From Flavobacterium sp. (GTDB lineage Bacteria; Bacteroidota; Bacteroidia; Flavobacteriales; Flavobacteriaceae): DNA of 64,000 nt. The position numbers and the translations under genes are program-made. Positions 1 through 8,848 of this stretch are shown here, in pieces. The stretch lies in contig NZ_JAYURN010000112.1 of NCBI RefSeq assembly GCF_043756175.1, forward strand, positions 8,957 to 72,956, in the 5' to 3' direction. Under the pieces are notes generated by a model, which worked only from the letters and a program-made list of their open reading frames with translations, was not told the DNA's origin and made no database searches. Each line of letters begins with the position of its first letter. Positions within the stretch are counted from its first letter, which is position 1.

Positions 1-1
1 A

Positions 2-175
2 AATTATGTTTTTCTAGCCAAAGCAAACAAACAATTTGAAATGAAAGAAGTAACTGTTGGAAATACAGAAAATGAATTTACTGAAATTCTTTCAGACGAT
101 TTGAATGACGCAAGTATTGTAATAAAAGGGGCTTATGCACTTTTAATGAAAATAAAAAATACAGAAGAAGAATAA
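2..175 (+). CDS. 3' end (truncated by window) of probable RND efflux periplasmic adaptor subunit (CzcB/CusB-like)
   Basis: Manual translation NYVFLAKANKQFEMKEVTVGNTENEFTEIL...IVIKGAYALLMKIKNTEEE*, resembling Bacteroidota membrane-fusion protein C-termini. Confidence 0.55.
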   Translation, partial: NYVFLAKANKQFEMKEVTVGNTENEFTEILSDDLNDASIVIKGAYALLMKIKNTEEE

Positions 176-584
176 CAATTTAGTAAATAAATAAAAGGGC
201 ATCCTATAACACATGCTAGAACTCTTGCCCGTTTTTTTGGTAAATTGTTCGTTCCGTTTTCATAACTTCGTTTTTTCTAATGAAAAAAACTCTGTTCTCA
301 AACCGCCACGAGTGGAAAAAAATCGTATTATTAATTCTTTTTTCTAAATTATCTTTTTCTCAAAATTTAGAGAATGAGAAAATAAAACTTACTAAATATA
401 AATTAAAAGTTTAGATACATTTATAATAAAGACGATTTGTGGACAAAAATGTATTTAATTATAAACGGAAAAGAAAAATTAATAAAAAAACGGAAATTTA
501 AAAAATAACGACAGCTAATAAGAATTCCTATGTAAAGCACCATAAAGTCTTCAACAACTTTCAATACAGTGACTTACCCCAAAA

Positions 585-1187
585 TTGCGAAAAAACAATA
601 TTAAAAATAAGATCATCAAACAAAAAGATAAATTATTCAACCATTTTGAAAAGTACATCAAATTAAATGATGAACTAAAAGTTGCACTAATTGACAAGAT
701 AAGTTTTGTTTCTTTTAAGAAAGGCGAAATAGTTCATAACGCAGACAAAATATGCACAAAATCCTATTTTATCCAAACAGGATTGTTCCGTACTTATTTT
801 ATTAAAGAAGGAAAAGAAATTAGCGAATATTTTCCAGCAGAAGGAGAATGGAGTAATTCGCCTAGAAGTTTTAGAACAAGAGCATTGGATATATACTATA
901 TTGATGCTATAGAAGATACTGATGCATTATGTTTAGATGTAAATGATTTAATGTATTTATTTGAACATTTTCCAGAAATGGAACGCTATGCTAGATTATC
1001 AATGGGAACAGTTTTTGGTCACTTTATGGAAAGAATAACTTCAATGCGATTTACAACTGCAAAAGAAAAATACATCCACTTTATTGAAACTTATCACGAC
1101 ATTCATCACAGAATTCCACTAGGAATGATAGCTTCCTATTTAGGAATCACCCAAGAAACGCTGAGCAGAATTAGATCTGAAAGATGA
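585..1187 (+). CDS. Crp/Fnr family transcriptional regulator
   Basis: cNMP-binding-like N-domain (SFKKGEIV...YFIQTGLFRTYF) and C-terminal HTH (IPLGMIASYLGITQETLSRIR); TTG start uncertain. Confidence 0.9.
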   Translation: MRKNNIKNKIIKQKDKLFNHFEKYIKLNDELKVALIDKISFVSFKKGEIVHNADKICTKSYFIQTGLFRTYFIKEGKEISEYFPAEGEWSNSPRSFRTRALDIYYIDAIEDTDALCLDVNDLMYLFEHFPEMERYARLSMGTVFGHFMERITSMRFTTAKEKYIHFIETYHDIHHRIPLGMIASYLGITQETLSRIRSER

Positions 1188-1191
1188 TTTT

Positions 1192-1205
1192 TTGATATAC
1201 ATCAA
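1192..1205 (+). promoter_or_regulatory. FNR/Crp-type operator TTGAT-ATAC-ATCAA
   Basis: Perfect TTGAT-N4-ATCAA palindrome (extends to TTTTGAT/ATCAAAA, 1190-1207) between the regulator stop and the next gene. Confidence 0.65.
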
Positions 1206-1258
1206 AAGTTAATAAGTTTATTTGCTTCAACTTTGTGAAAACTTTAAAACTTTAAAAA

Positions 1259-2119
1259 ATGAATATTTTAAAATTATTATTTGTAGTACTTTTCACAATT
1301 AGTTCAATTTTTATTTATGCACAAGATACAATTAGAACAAAAAATGTTGAGGCCATTTTATATCTCGGAAAAAACAAAAAACAACCTTTAATAGTTGGGC
1401 TTGGTGGCTCAGAAGGAGGAAATGCTTGGACAAGTGATTATTGGAAAAAAACTCGAGAACAGTTTATAGAAAAAGGTTATGCCTTTTTGGCAATTGGTTA
1501 TTTTGGTTGTAAAAACACTCCTGCTATTTTAAATAAAATTGCAATTGATGATGTACACAATGCCCTACTTGAAGCTTCAAAAAACAAAAAAATAAATAAA
1601 AAGAAAATTGCCATTGTTGGTGGTTCTCGCGGTGCAGATTTAGCACTGTTAATCGGAAGTTATTACAAAGACATAAAATGTGTGGTAGGTTTAGTTTCAA
1701 GTCATGCTGTTTTTCCTGGACACACTCGAGAATTTAATTCTTCTTGTTGGACATTTCAAGGAAAAGAACTGCCTTTTATTCCTGTAAATGACGAAGCAGT
1801 TCCATTTTTGATTAAAAGAAATTTAAGAGGCTCCTTTGAAGCAATGCTAAAAGACACTATTGCAGAAGATAAAGCGTTGATAAAAATTGAAAACATACAA
1901 GGCCCAATTCTTTTGATTTCGGCAACTAAAGACGAAATTTGTCCGTCGACACCGATGGCCGAAAAAATGATTACAAGATTAAAATCATTCAATTTTAAAT
2001 ATAATTTCAATCATATTCCTATTGATGGTAGTCATTCAGAATCAATAAAACACTTTGATTTGGTTTTTGATTTTTTAGAAACAAATTTTAGGAAAAATGA
2101 TAATTTAGGACTTAATTAA
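1259..2119 (+). CDS. Exported alpha/beta hydrolase, acyl-CoA thioesterase/BAAT C-terminal type
   Basis: Signal peptide, GLGGSEGG, nucleophile motif GGSRGA, ISATKDEICPS, C-terminal His (DGSHS). Confidence 0.8.
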   Translation: MNILKLLFVVLFTISSIFIYAQDTIRTKNVEAILYLGKNKKQPLIVGLGGSEGGNAWTSDYWKKTREQFIEKGYAFLAIGYFGCKNTPAILNKIAIDDVHNALLEASKNKKINKKKIAIVGGSRGADLALLIGSYYKDIKCVVGLVSSHAVFPGHTREFNSSCWTFQGKELPFIPVNDEAVPFLIKRNLRGSFEAMLKDTIAEDKALIKIENIQGPILLISATKDEICPSTPMAEKMITRLKSFNFKYNFNHIPIDGSHSESIKHFDLVFDFLETNFRKNDNLGLN

Positions 2120-2233
2120 AGATTTTTTTGTATTTGGAAGTTCGGTTTCAAATCGATATTTTTGGTTAAACAAATCCCCAACAACAGCCAAACATTAAAA
2201 TATTGACAAACATTAACTTTTAAGACATATAAA

Positions 2234-2932
2234 ATGAAAAAAATAATCCCTCTTTTATTTTTATTTATCATTTCTTGTTCAAAAAATGAAGATTCAGTTA
2301 CAAACAATCCTAATGGGACATTGGTTGATCGTGATGGTAATACTTACAACACTTTAAAAATAGGCAACCAAACATGGATGTTAGAAAACTTAAAAACAAC
2401 TAAATATAACGACGGAACGCCAATTCCTAAATATGAATTTCCAATCACTTTGAATAGTACCGCTTACTATCAGTGGGCTAATACAGAAGATTTAAACAAT
2501 GTATTTCTCGAAGATTTACCATTTGATTACTATGGTGCAATGTATAATGATAATGTATTAGAAAGTGGGAAACTGGCACCTTCTGGATGGAGAATACCAA
2601 ACAAACAAGATTTCGGAATTTTAGAAAATTATCTAAAAACACATGGATTTAATGACAGTGAAGGTAAAGCTTTAAAATCTAAAACAGGATGGCATCGTGC
2701 TCTATTTGGTAACGATAACGATGCCATTGGTTTTAAAGGCCTACCAAATGGGTATGTAGATATTTTTGGAACATCTATAGCAAGTGAAATAATATGTACG
2801 TGGGCTACATCAAATAAAAATTTAGGTAATTTTAGCAGAACAGTTGTAAACTTAGTTAACGATGAAAACACTATTATTTATTCAGAAAACGATATAAATA
2901 TGGGTGCAGGAGTTCGATGCATTAAAGAGTAA
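2234..2932 (+). CDS. Lipoprotein with Fibrobacter succinogenes major paralogous (FISUMP) domain
   Basis: Lipobox IISC; DGNTYNTLKIGNQTWMLENLK, YGAMYN, APSGWRIP, terminal VRCIKE. Confidence 0.85.
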   Translation: MKKIIPLLFLFIISCSKNEDSVTNNPNGTLVDRDGNTYNTLKIGNQTWMLENLKTTKYNDGTPIPKYEFPITLNSTAYYQWANTEDLNNVFLEDLPFDYYGAMYNDNVLESGKLAPSGWRIPNKQDFGILENYLKTHGFNDSEGKALKSKTGWHRALFGNDNDAIGFKGLPNGYVDIFGTSIASEIICTWATSNKNLGNFSRTVVNLVNDENTIIYSENDINMGAGVRCIKE

Positions 2933-3086
2933 ATTCTGGACAAACTGCAGTTTTAAGAAATTAGAGTCATGAGACTTAATTTGAAAAATTGAAGTTTAAT
3001 AATGATTTGACATCTAAAAAAAAGAAGTTATAATTTAGTCCAATTTTAGCTAAAGAAAATAAACTTAGATTTATATAGTTTTTCAT

Positions 3087-4166
3087 TCAAAACTCAAACC
3101 GTAGTTGAACGACTATGGTTTTTTTAATTTCCGTATTCAAATTAGCTAAAGAAATACCGAGTAATCGCACCGAATCTTTCATACGTTCTTGGTATAATAA
3201 TTCTTTGACCGTTTCAAATATAATGCCTTTATCAGACACAAAATAAGGTAAGGTTTTACTACGGGTTTGTTGGGTAAAATCAGAGTATTTTATCTTTAAT
3301 GTAATGGTTTTTCCTGCAATTTTGTGCTTTTGAAGCCTTTTTTCGAGTTCAGCAGCAATTCGTTCCAATCGTTCTGCCATAAATATTTCGGAAGTAAGAT
3401 TGGTATCAAAAGTATGTTCGGCAGCGACCGATTTTGTAGTTCGATTTGGTTTTACTTCACTGTTGTGAATGCCACGCACGATCTTGTAATACTGAGCACC
3501 ACTTTTGCCAAAATGCTCCTCGAGATATTCAGAAGTTTTTCTTTTTAAATCTTTTCCTGTAAAAATACCGTGTTGGTACATTTTTTCGGTAGTTACTTTC
3601 CCAATTCCGTAGAATTTTTTGATATCTAAAGCTTCCAAAAAAGGTTCGATTTCTTCTGGATTTATGGTTTTTTGCCCGTTGGGTTTGTTATAATCGGAAG
3701 CAATTTTTGCCACAAATTTATTAGCCGATATTCCTGCCGAAGCCGTTAGACCAACTTGTTCGAAAATGCGTTTTCTAATTTCTTGTGCAATCAATGTGGC
3801 GCTAGGATTTCCTTTTTTGTTTTGGGTAACATCTAAGTAAGCTTCGTCGAGCGATAAGGGTTCGACCAAATCCGTATATTCATAAAATATCTTTTGAATA
3901 TTTTTAGAAATCTCTCGGTATCTATCAAAACGTGGCGGAACGAAAATTAAATCAGGACAGTTTCGCTTGGCTTGTGCGCCGCTCATCGCACTTCGAACAC
4001 CAAACTTTCGGGCTTCGTAACTTGCTGCCGAAACAACACCACGAATTTCGCTTCCACCAACAGCCAATGGTTTTCCCTTTAGATCAGGATTGTCCATTTG
4101 CTCGACCGATGCATAAAATGCATCCATATCGATGTGGATTATTTTTCGTTGTGGATTATCGGACAT
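3087..4166 (-). CDS. dinB: DNA polymerase IV (Y family)
   Basis: HIDMDAFYASVE, SYEARKFGVRSAM, SLDEAYLD, TASAGISANKFVAKIASD. Confidence 0.97.
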   Translation of the reverse strand: MSDNPQRKIIHIDMDAFYASVEQMDNPDLKGKPLAVGGSEIRGVVSAASYEARKFGVRSAMSGAQAKRNCPDLIFVPPRFDRYREISKNIQKIFYEYTDLVEPLSLDEAYLDVTQNKKGNPSATLIAQEIRKRIFEQVGLTASAGISANKFVAKIASDYNKPNGQKTINPEEIEPFLEALDIKKFYGIGKVTTEKMYQHGIFTGKDLKRKTSEYLEEHFGKSGAQYYKIVRGIHNSEVKPNRTTKSVAAEHTFDTNLTSEIFMAERLERIAAELEKRLQKHKIAGKTITLKIKYSDFTQQTRSKTLPYFVSDKGIIFETVKELLYQERMKDSVRLLGISLANLNTEIKKTIVVQLRFEF

Positions 4167-4187
4167 GGTACAAATTTATAATTATTT

Positions 4188-4225
4188 CACAGAGATTCAC
4201 AGAGAAAGCACAGAGGTTCACAAAG
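4188..4225 (+). repeat. Solo arm of 11-nt-unit array (CACAGAGATT-like)
   Basis: CACAGAGATTCACAGAGAAAGCACAGAGGTTCACAAAG; 32/38 identical by hand count to the reverse complement of 59765-59802. Confidence 0.75.
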
Positions 4226-4242
4226 TTTGTTTTTAAAAAATA

Positions 4243-4323
4243 GATTCCAGCCTTCGCGGAAAGACAAAGTTCTTGCTATGAATGTTCTTCGAAATTACTG
4301 TCTTTCACGCGAAGGCAGGAATC
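4243..4323. repeat. Inverted pair of CGTC/TGTC-type REP sequences (REPIN-like)
   Basis: GATTCCAGCCTTCGCGGAAAGACA (4243-4266) is inverted relative to TGTCTTTCACGCGAAGGCAGGAATC (4299-4323). Confidence 0.75.
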
Positions 4324-4379
4324 CAAAATAATGGTTTAGTTTGTTTCTTAAAAATCATATCTTTGGCACCTGAAACCCA

Positions 4380-4537
4380 TAGCCCAGATTACTTCACTAC
4401 ACATTTATTTTAATAGGAGTTCAGTGAACGTTGTTTGCAACGGAAATCCTTTTGCTTTTTTCTTTAAAAAGGAAAAGATTGTAACGAATAGCTGGGCACG
4501 AGCGTCAGCTAACTGGCGAAGCAAATAGCTCCTAAAA
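4380..4537 (+). mobile_element. TA-bounded palindromic MITE-like element, composite copy with modules X and Y
   Basis: TAGCCCAGAT...GGAAATCCTTTT-hairpin-AAAAGATTGTAACG...AGCTCCTA; same termini as six other copies in window. Confidence 0.65.
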
Positions 4538-4538
4538 A

Positions 4539-5006
4539 ATGATAGAAATAGAACGTAAATTTTTAGTTTTAAATAATGATTTTATTGCTTTGGCTGTTGC
4601 CAAAAATAGAATCGTACAAGGTTACTTAAATTCTAATCCTGAGAGAACAGTTCGTGTAAGAATTAAAGGAAGTAAAGGTTTTTTGACTATAAAAGGCAAA
4701 GGAAACGACTCAGGAACAACAAGATTAGAATGGGAAACCGAAATCCCATTAGCAGAAGCCGAAAAATTATTGTCTATTTGCGAAAATGGTATAATTGACA
4801 AAATTAGACATGAAATTCCATCAGGAAAACACATCTATGAAGTTGACGTTTTTGCTGGAGAAAACAACGGTTTGGTTGTTGCTGAAATTGAATTATCTGC
4901 CGAAAACGAAAGTTTCGAAAAACCAAATTGGCTGGGTCAAGAAGTTACTGGCGACAACAGATATTACAATGCCTATTTGAGTAATAATCCTTTTGGGAGT
5001 TGGTAA
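4539..5006 (+). CDS. CYTH domain protein (triphosphate tunnel metalloenzyme)
   Basis: EIERKFLV, QGYL, VRVRI, TIKG, EIEL, YYNAYL motifs. Confidence 0.9.
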   Translation: MIEIERKFLVLNNDFIALAVAKNRIVQGYLNSNPERTVRVRIKGSKGFLTIKGKGNDSGTTRLEWETEIPLAEAEKLLSICENGIIDKIRHEIPSGKHIYEVDVFAGENNGLVVAEIELSAENESFEKPNWLGQEVTGDNRYYNAYLSNNPFGSW

Positions 5007-5008
5007 AA

Positions 5009-5491
5009 TTATTTTTTCTTCATCACTTCGATAGTTACCGATGTTTCTCCTCCGCCTTTATTAGATGTTATTTGCATAAATGCACGTCGGGATAAGTCTA
5101 TTTCTCTACCTCTTACAAAAGGGCCACGATCGGTTACTGTAACAATGACATGTTTTCCGTTGCGCTCGTTTGTAATACGTAAGATGGTTCCAAAAGCAAA
5201 TTTTCTATGCGCTGCCGTGAGTTTATTATTATCGAAACGGGTGCCACTTGCCGTACGTTTTCCGTGAAATTTTTTTGCATAATAAGAAGCGTGGGCTTTT
5301 CTTTTATATAGTTTATAAGTAAAATCACCTTCAATAAGTAGACTGTCTATCGCTACAGTGTCAACCTTGACAGTATCCTGAACTGGTCTTGTAGAAAAAG
5401 ATTGCTTGTCGAATTTTTTGAACGAAAAATTAGAAATCAGTATCGCTGCTATTGTTGTGGTAATTACCAGAAAAAATTTATCTTTCATCAT
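5009..5491 (-). CDS. rlpA: RlpA-family septal ring lytic transglycosylase (DPBB domain)
   Basis: [38 protein letters not shown]. Confidence 0.9.
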   Translation of the reverse strand: MMKDKFFLVITTTIAAILISNFSFKKFDKQSFSTRPVQDTVKVDTVAIDSLLIEGDFTYKLYKRKAHASYYAKKFHGKRTASGTRFDNNKLTAAHRKFAFGTILRITNERNGKHVIVTVTDRGPFVRGREIDLSRRAFMQITSNKGGGETSVTIEVMKKK

Positions 5492-5541
5492 AATTTTAAT
5501 TAATTATTATTACACACTTGTCAAATACCATACCCAAAAAG

Positions 5542-5570
5542 AAAAAAGTCTTAATAAACAAGACTTTTTT
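5542..5570. terminator. Intrinsic terminator-like hairpin
   Basis: AAAAAGTCTT-AATAAAC-AAGACTTTTT just downstream of the 5577-5999 minus-strand gene. Confidence 0.55.
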
Positions 5571-5576
5571 AAATTA

Positions 5577-5999
5577 TTAGAACCACAATGACCACGGAAT
5601 TTTACTTAATATAAGTAACAATCCTAGTCCATAAAAAATTGTAATTGCTTTAAACTTATTTTTACCTTCTAATGCTTTTTTATGTTTAGACCAACCTATC
5701 GTGATTAGTACGATGGCTATTATATTAGTTAATGGATGCTCTAACGAGGTTAGTCTCAAAGCGGCGTTTTTCATCTCGCCTAAAGCTGACAACCCCAAAG
5801 GCGACAGAAAATACAAAACCAACCCTACGGTAAGTTGTATGTGCGTCACTATAAGAGCAAATAATGCAATTTTCTTGTCTTTTGCGAAAAATTCTCTTTT
5901 AGATAAGAATCCTAAAGTACTATTTGCAACCGTTACAACTAGAAGTAATAAGGCTAAATATGCCCATCCTGAGTGAAATTTTTGAATAAATTCGTACAT
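5577..5999 (-). CDS. Conserved 4-TM membrane protein with intramembrane His residues (cytochrome b-like)
   Basis: Hydrophobic helices; HSGWAY, THIQL, EHPL. Confidence 0.65.
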   Translation of the reverse strand: MYEFIQKFHSGWAYLALLLLVVTVANSTLGFLSKREFFAKDKKIALFALIVTHIQLTVGLVLYFLSPLGLSALGEMKNAALRLTSLEHPLTNIIAIVLITIGWSKHKKALEGKNKFKAITIFYGLGLLLILSKIPWSLWF

Positions 6000-6157
6000 A
6001 TTTTTTGTTTTAGTTTAAACAAATATAAACAAAAAACAGAACGAATTTAAATCTTAAAAAACAAAAACATAGCCCTATAAAACCTTAACAAATAATTGAT
6101 GTTTTTTTGGCGCACTATTTGAATTAATTTTATATCTTTACATTATTATACATTTCG

Positions 6158-6499
6158 ATGAAGAAAAACTACATTTATATTACATTTTTTAGTCTTTTGT
6201 TTTCGTTGAGCGCTTTAGCTCAAGACGGAAAGCAGTCTTCATTGGCAACAAAAACCCAAGAACAACAGTTTGATAATCTAAATGTATATCCCAATCCGAC
6301 AGGAAATGGGCGTGTATATATTACCTCAAAAACTACCGAACCTAAAGATGTTGAGATTTTTGATGTACTAGGAAAACGTGTAATGCAAATCACAATTGTT
6401 ACAAAAGAATTGAATGTATCTTCACTTTCCCCAGGTGTTTACATAATAAAGATTAAGGAAGGCGAACAACGCGCCACCAGAAAACTAATAATCAAGTAA
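6158..6499 (+). CDS. Minimal T9SS type A CTD protein (signal peptide plus CTD)
   Basis: Sec signal (ALA-Q) then NVYPNP...IFDVLGK...LSPGVYIIKI...RKLIIK. Confidence 0.85.
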   Translation: MKKNYIYITFFSLLFSLSALAQDGKQSSLATKTQEQQFDNLNVYPNPTGNGRVYITSKTTEPKDVEIFDVLGKRVMQITIVTKELNVSSLSPGVYIIKIKEGEQRATRKLIIK

Positions 6500-6614
6500 T
6501 TGACTGTTAGCTAATTTTTAAAATTTAAAATTTAATATTTTATTTACATACGTTTCTTTTATCTTGAAGAAATTACTTAGTATCTTTGTAGTCCAAATTT
6601 AAAAAATAGGAAAA

Positions 6615-7664
6615 ATGAAAAAAATTTACTTTTTAGGAGCTTTATTAGCTTGTACTTTGTCTTTTGGACAAACAATTTTAAATGAAGATTTTAATTATAC
6701 TGTTCCAGGAAACATAGGAGGAAACTCTGGAGTAACTGCTCCCTTAGACGGAATTGCAGTAAACAACTGGATAACACATAGTAATACTTCGGGAAACACA
6801 GGTACTATTGATTTGGTTTCTGGAAGTTTAAACTATACAGGGCTTCAAGTTTCTACTGGAAATAGAGTTTTATTACCAGGTTCAAATGCGACTGTGCCTA
6901 GAGATATTAACAGAGCTATCACTACTTCTGTAACTACAGTCTATTATTCTCTTTTACTAAATGTTGTAGACAATTCTCAATTAAGCACAACCACTCCAAA
7001 CTATTTTACTGGAATTGGAGCCACTGCAGGTATTAGTGTAACTACGTTGGGAGCTAGACTTGGAGTTTATTCAACAAATGCTGGTGCAAACTTCAGGTTA
7101 AGTATACAAAATATATCTGGAGGAACTCCAACTTTTACTGACTTTGCAACAGACCTAGCATATGGGACCACTTATTTAGTTGTTGTTAAATATGATAGAG
7201 CTGCTATTCCAACTGTTGCATCTTTATGGGTTAATCCTGCTTCTGCAAGTTTTGGAGCAACTGAACCAGTAGGATCAGTAAGTAATAACTCAGGAACAGG
7301 GACATTTACTACTTTTGCTTCTGTTTTCTTAAGAAACACTGCGGCTACGCCAAAAGTTGAAATTGACGAATTTAGAATCGGACAAACTTGGGCAGATGTA
7401 ACTCCTCAAAATTTATCTAGAAATGAGTATGGAAATATTAACGGTTTAAATATATATCCAAATCCTGCTAAAAACTTATTAAACATTACTTCTGATAGTT
7501 TTGAATCAAAAACTGTAGCAATTTATAATGTCTTAGGAAAAGTAGTTCTTTCTGCAAATGTGACTAATGCTCCAATAAACGTTGCTTCTTTAAGTAAAGG
7601 TGTTTATGTAGTAAAAGTTACTGAACAAGGTAAAACTGCTACAAGAAAATTAGTTATCGATTAA
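6615..7664 (+). CDS. T9SS type A-sorted secreted protein, Thr/Gly-rich beta domain
   Basis: Signal peptide; C-terminal IYPNPAK...IYNVLGK...LSKGVYVVKV...RKLVID. Confidence 0.9.
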   Translation: MKKIYFLGALLACTLSFGQTILNEDFNYTVPGNIGGNSGVTAPLDGIAVNNWITHSNTSGNTGTIDLVSGSLNYTGLQVSTGNRVLLPGSNATVPRDINRAITTSVTTVYYSLLLNVVDNSQLSTTTPNYFTGIGATAGISVTTLGARLGVYSTNAGANFRLSIQNISGGTPTFTDFATDLAYGTTYLVVVKYDRAAIPTVASLWVNPASASFGATEPVGSVSNNSGTGTFTTFASVFLRNTAATPKVEIDEFRIGQTWADVTPQNLSRNEYGNINGLNIYPNPAKNLLNITSDSFESKTVAIYNVLGKVVLSANVTNAPINVASLSKGVYVVKVTEQGKTATRKLVID

Positions 7665-7684
7665 TTCTTTTTTAAATAGATTAG

Positions 7685-7713
7685 AAAGCTCCAATTTATG
7701 TTGGAGCTTTTTT
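7685..7713 (+). terminator. Intrinsic terminator
   Basis: AAAGCTCCAA-TTTATG-TTGGAGCTTT followed by T run. Confidence 0.75.
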
Positions 7714-7741
7714 ATTTTATGTACTTTTGTAAAAAAAAGAC

Positions 7742-8722
7742 TTGATTTCTTCAGCCGATATATTTAGTATTTCAAATCAGAAGCAATTTGAAAAAATCGC
7801 TTTGAAAATTTTTCGTTATCAATACGAGAATAATTTGGTATATCATGAATTTTGTGATTACCTAAAAACCGACGTTCATAAAGTAAAAACGATACAACAA
7901 ATTCCATTTTTGCCTATTCAGTTTTTTAAAAGTCATGCCGTTCTTTCAAATTCAAATCCTATTGAAGCTACTTTTAGCAGTAGTGGAACTACGGGAATGA
8001 TTACCAGCAAACATTTAGTTACAGATGTTTCTTTGTATGAAGACAGTTACCGCAATGCATTTTCGCAATTTTACGGAAATATAGAAGATTACTTAGTTTT
8101 GGCATTGCTCCCATCGTATTTAGAGCGCGAAGGTTCTTCGCTAATTTATATGGTCGATGATTTGATAAAGCTGTCAAACAATTCTGATAGTGGTTTTTAC
8201 CTGCACAATCACGAGGATTTAATTAAAAAACTCATTGCTTTAGATAATGAAGGACAAAACGTAATCCTTATTGGTGTAACTTATGCTTTGTTAGATTTGA
8301 TTGAAAAACAGAAATTTGACCTAAAAAATACCATTGTCATGGAAACTGGTGGTATGAAAGGCAAACGCAAAGAAATGATTCGAGAAGAATTACACGAGCA
8401 ACTTTGCGATGGTTTTGGTATAAATGCGATACATTCTGAATACGGAATGACCGAATTGCTTTCGCAAGCGTATTCTCTTGGAAACGGCGTGTTTGAATGT
8501 CCTAATTGGATGCAAATCTTAGTTCGTGATACAGAAGATGCTTTAACTTACGTTGAAACCGGAAAAACTGGTGGTATTAATGTAATTGATCTAGCCAATA
8601 TAAATTCTTGTTCGTTTATTGCCACTCAGGATTTGGGCAAGAAATACTCAAATAATACGTTCGAGGTTTTAGGACGTTTTGATAATTCAGATATTCGTGG
8701 TTGTAATCTGATGGTTCTGTAA
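7742..8722 (+). CDS. LuxE/PaaK-family acyl-protein synthetase-like acyl transferase
   Basis: FSSSGTTG, METGGMKG, SEYGMTEL, IATQDLG, LGRFDNSDIRGCN. Confidence 0.85.
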   Translation: MISSADIFSISNQKQFEKIALKIFRYQYENNLVYHEFCDYLKTDVHKVKTIQQIPFLPIQFFKSHAVLSNSNPIEATFSSSGTTGMITSKHLVTDVSLYEDSYRNAFSQFYGNIEDYLVLALLPSYLEREGSSLIYMVDDLIKLSNNSDSGFYLHNHEDLIKKLIALDNEGQNVILIGVTYALLDLIEKQKFDLKNTIVMETGGMKGKRKEMIREELHEQLCDGFGINAIHSEYGMTELLSQAYSLGNGVFECPNWMQILVRDTEDALTYVETGKTGGINVIDLANINSCSFIATQDLGKKYSNNTFEVLGRFDNSDIRGCNLMVL

Positions 8723-8772
8723 AAACAGATTTATACCGTTTTATCATTGAATTTACTGAAATAACAAACACA

Positions 8773-8809
8773 TACTTTGTCATTCCGAGGAACGAGGAAT
8801 GACAAAGTA
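8773..8809. repeat. REP-type hairpin between convergent genes (likely also terminator)
   Basis: Perfect 14-bp stem TACTTTGTCATTCC/GGAATGACAAAGTA with loop GAGGAACGA. Confidence 0.75.
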
Positions 8810-8848
8810 CTCAACAAATATGACAGTGTTTTTAAAGCTAAAATGGGA

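Noticed and set aside
3324-4243. Short ORFs overlapping dinB, and the many other 60-170-aa antisense or alternate-frame ORFs in the track
   Set aside because: Shadow frames of well-supported genes with no recognisable motifs
7742-8722. Bioluminescence (lux) system
   Set aside because: Lone LuxE-like gene with no luxA/B/C/D; common stand-alone family in Bacteroidota
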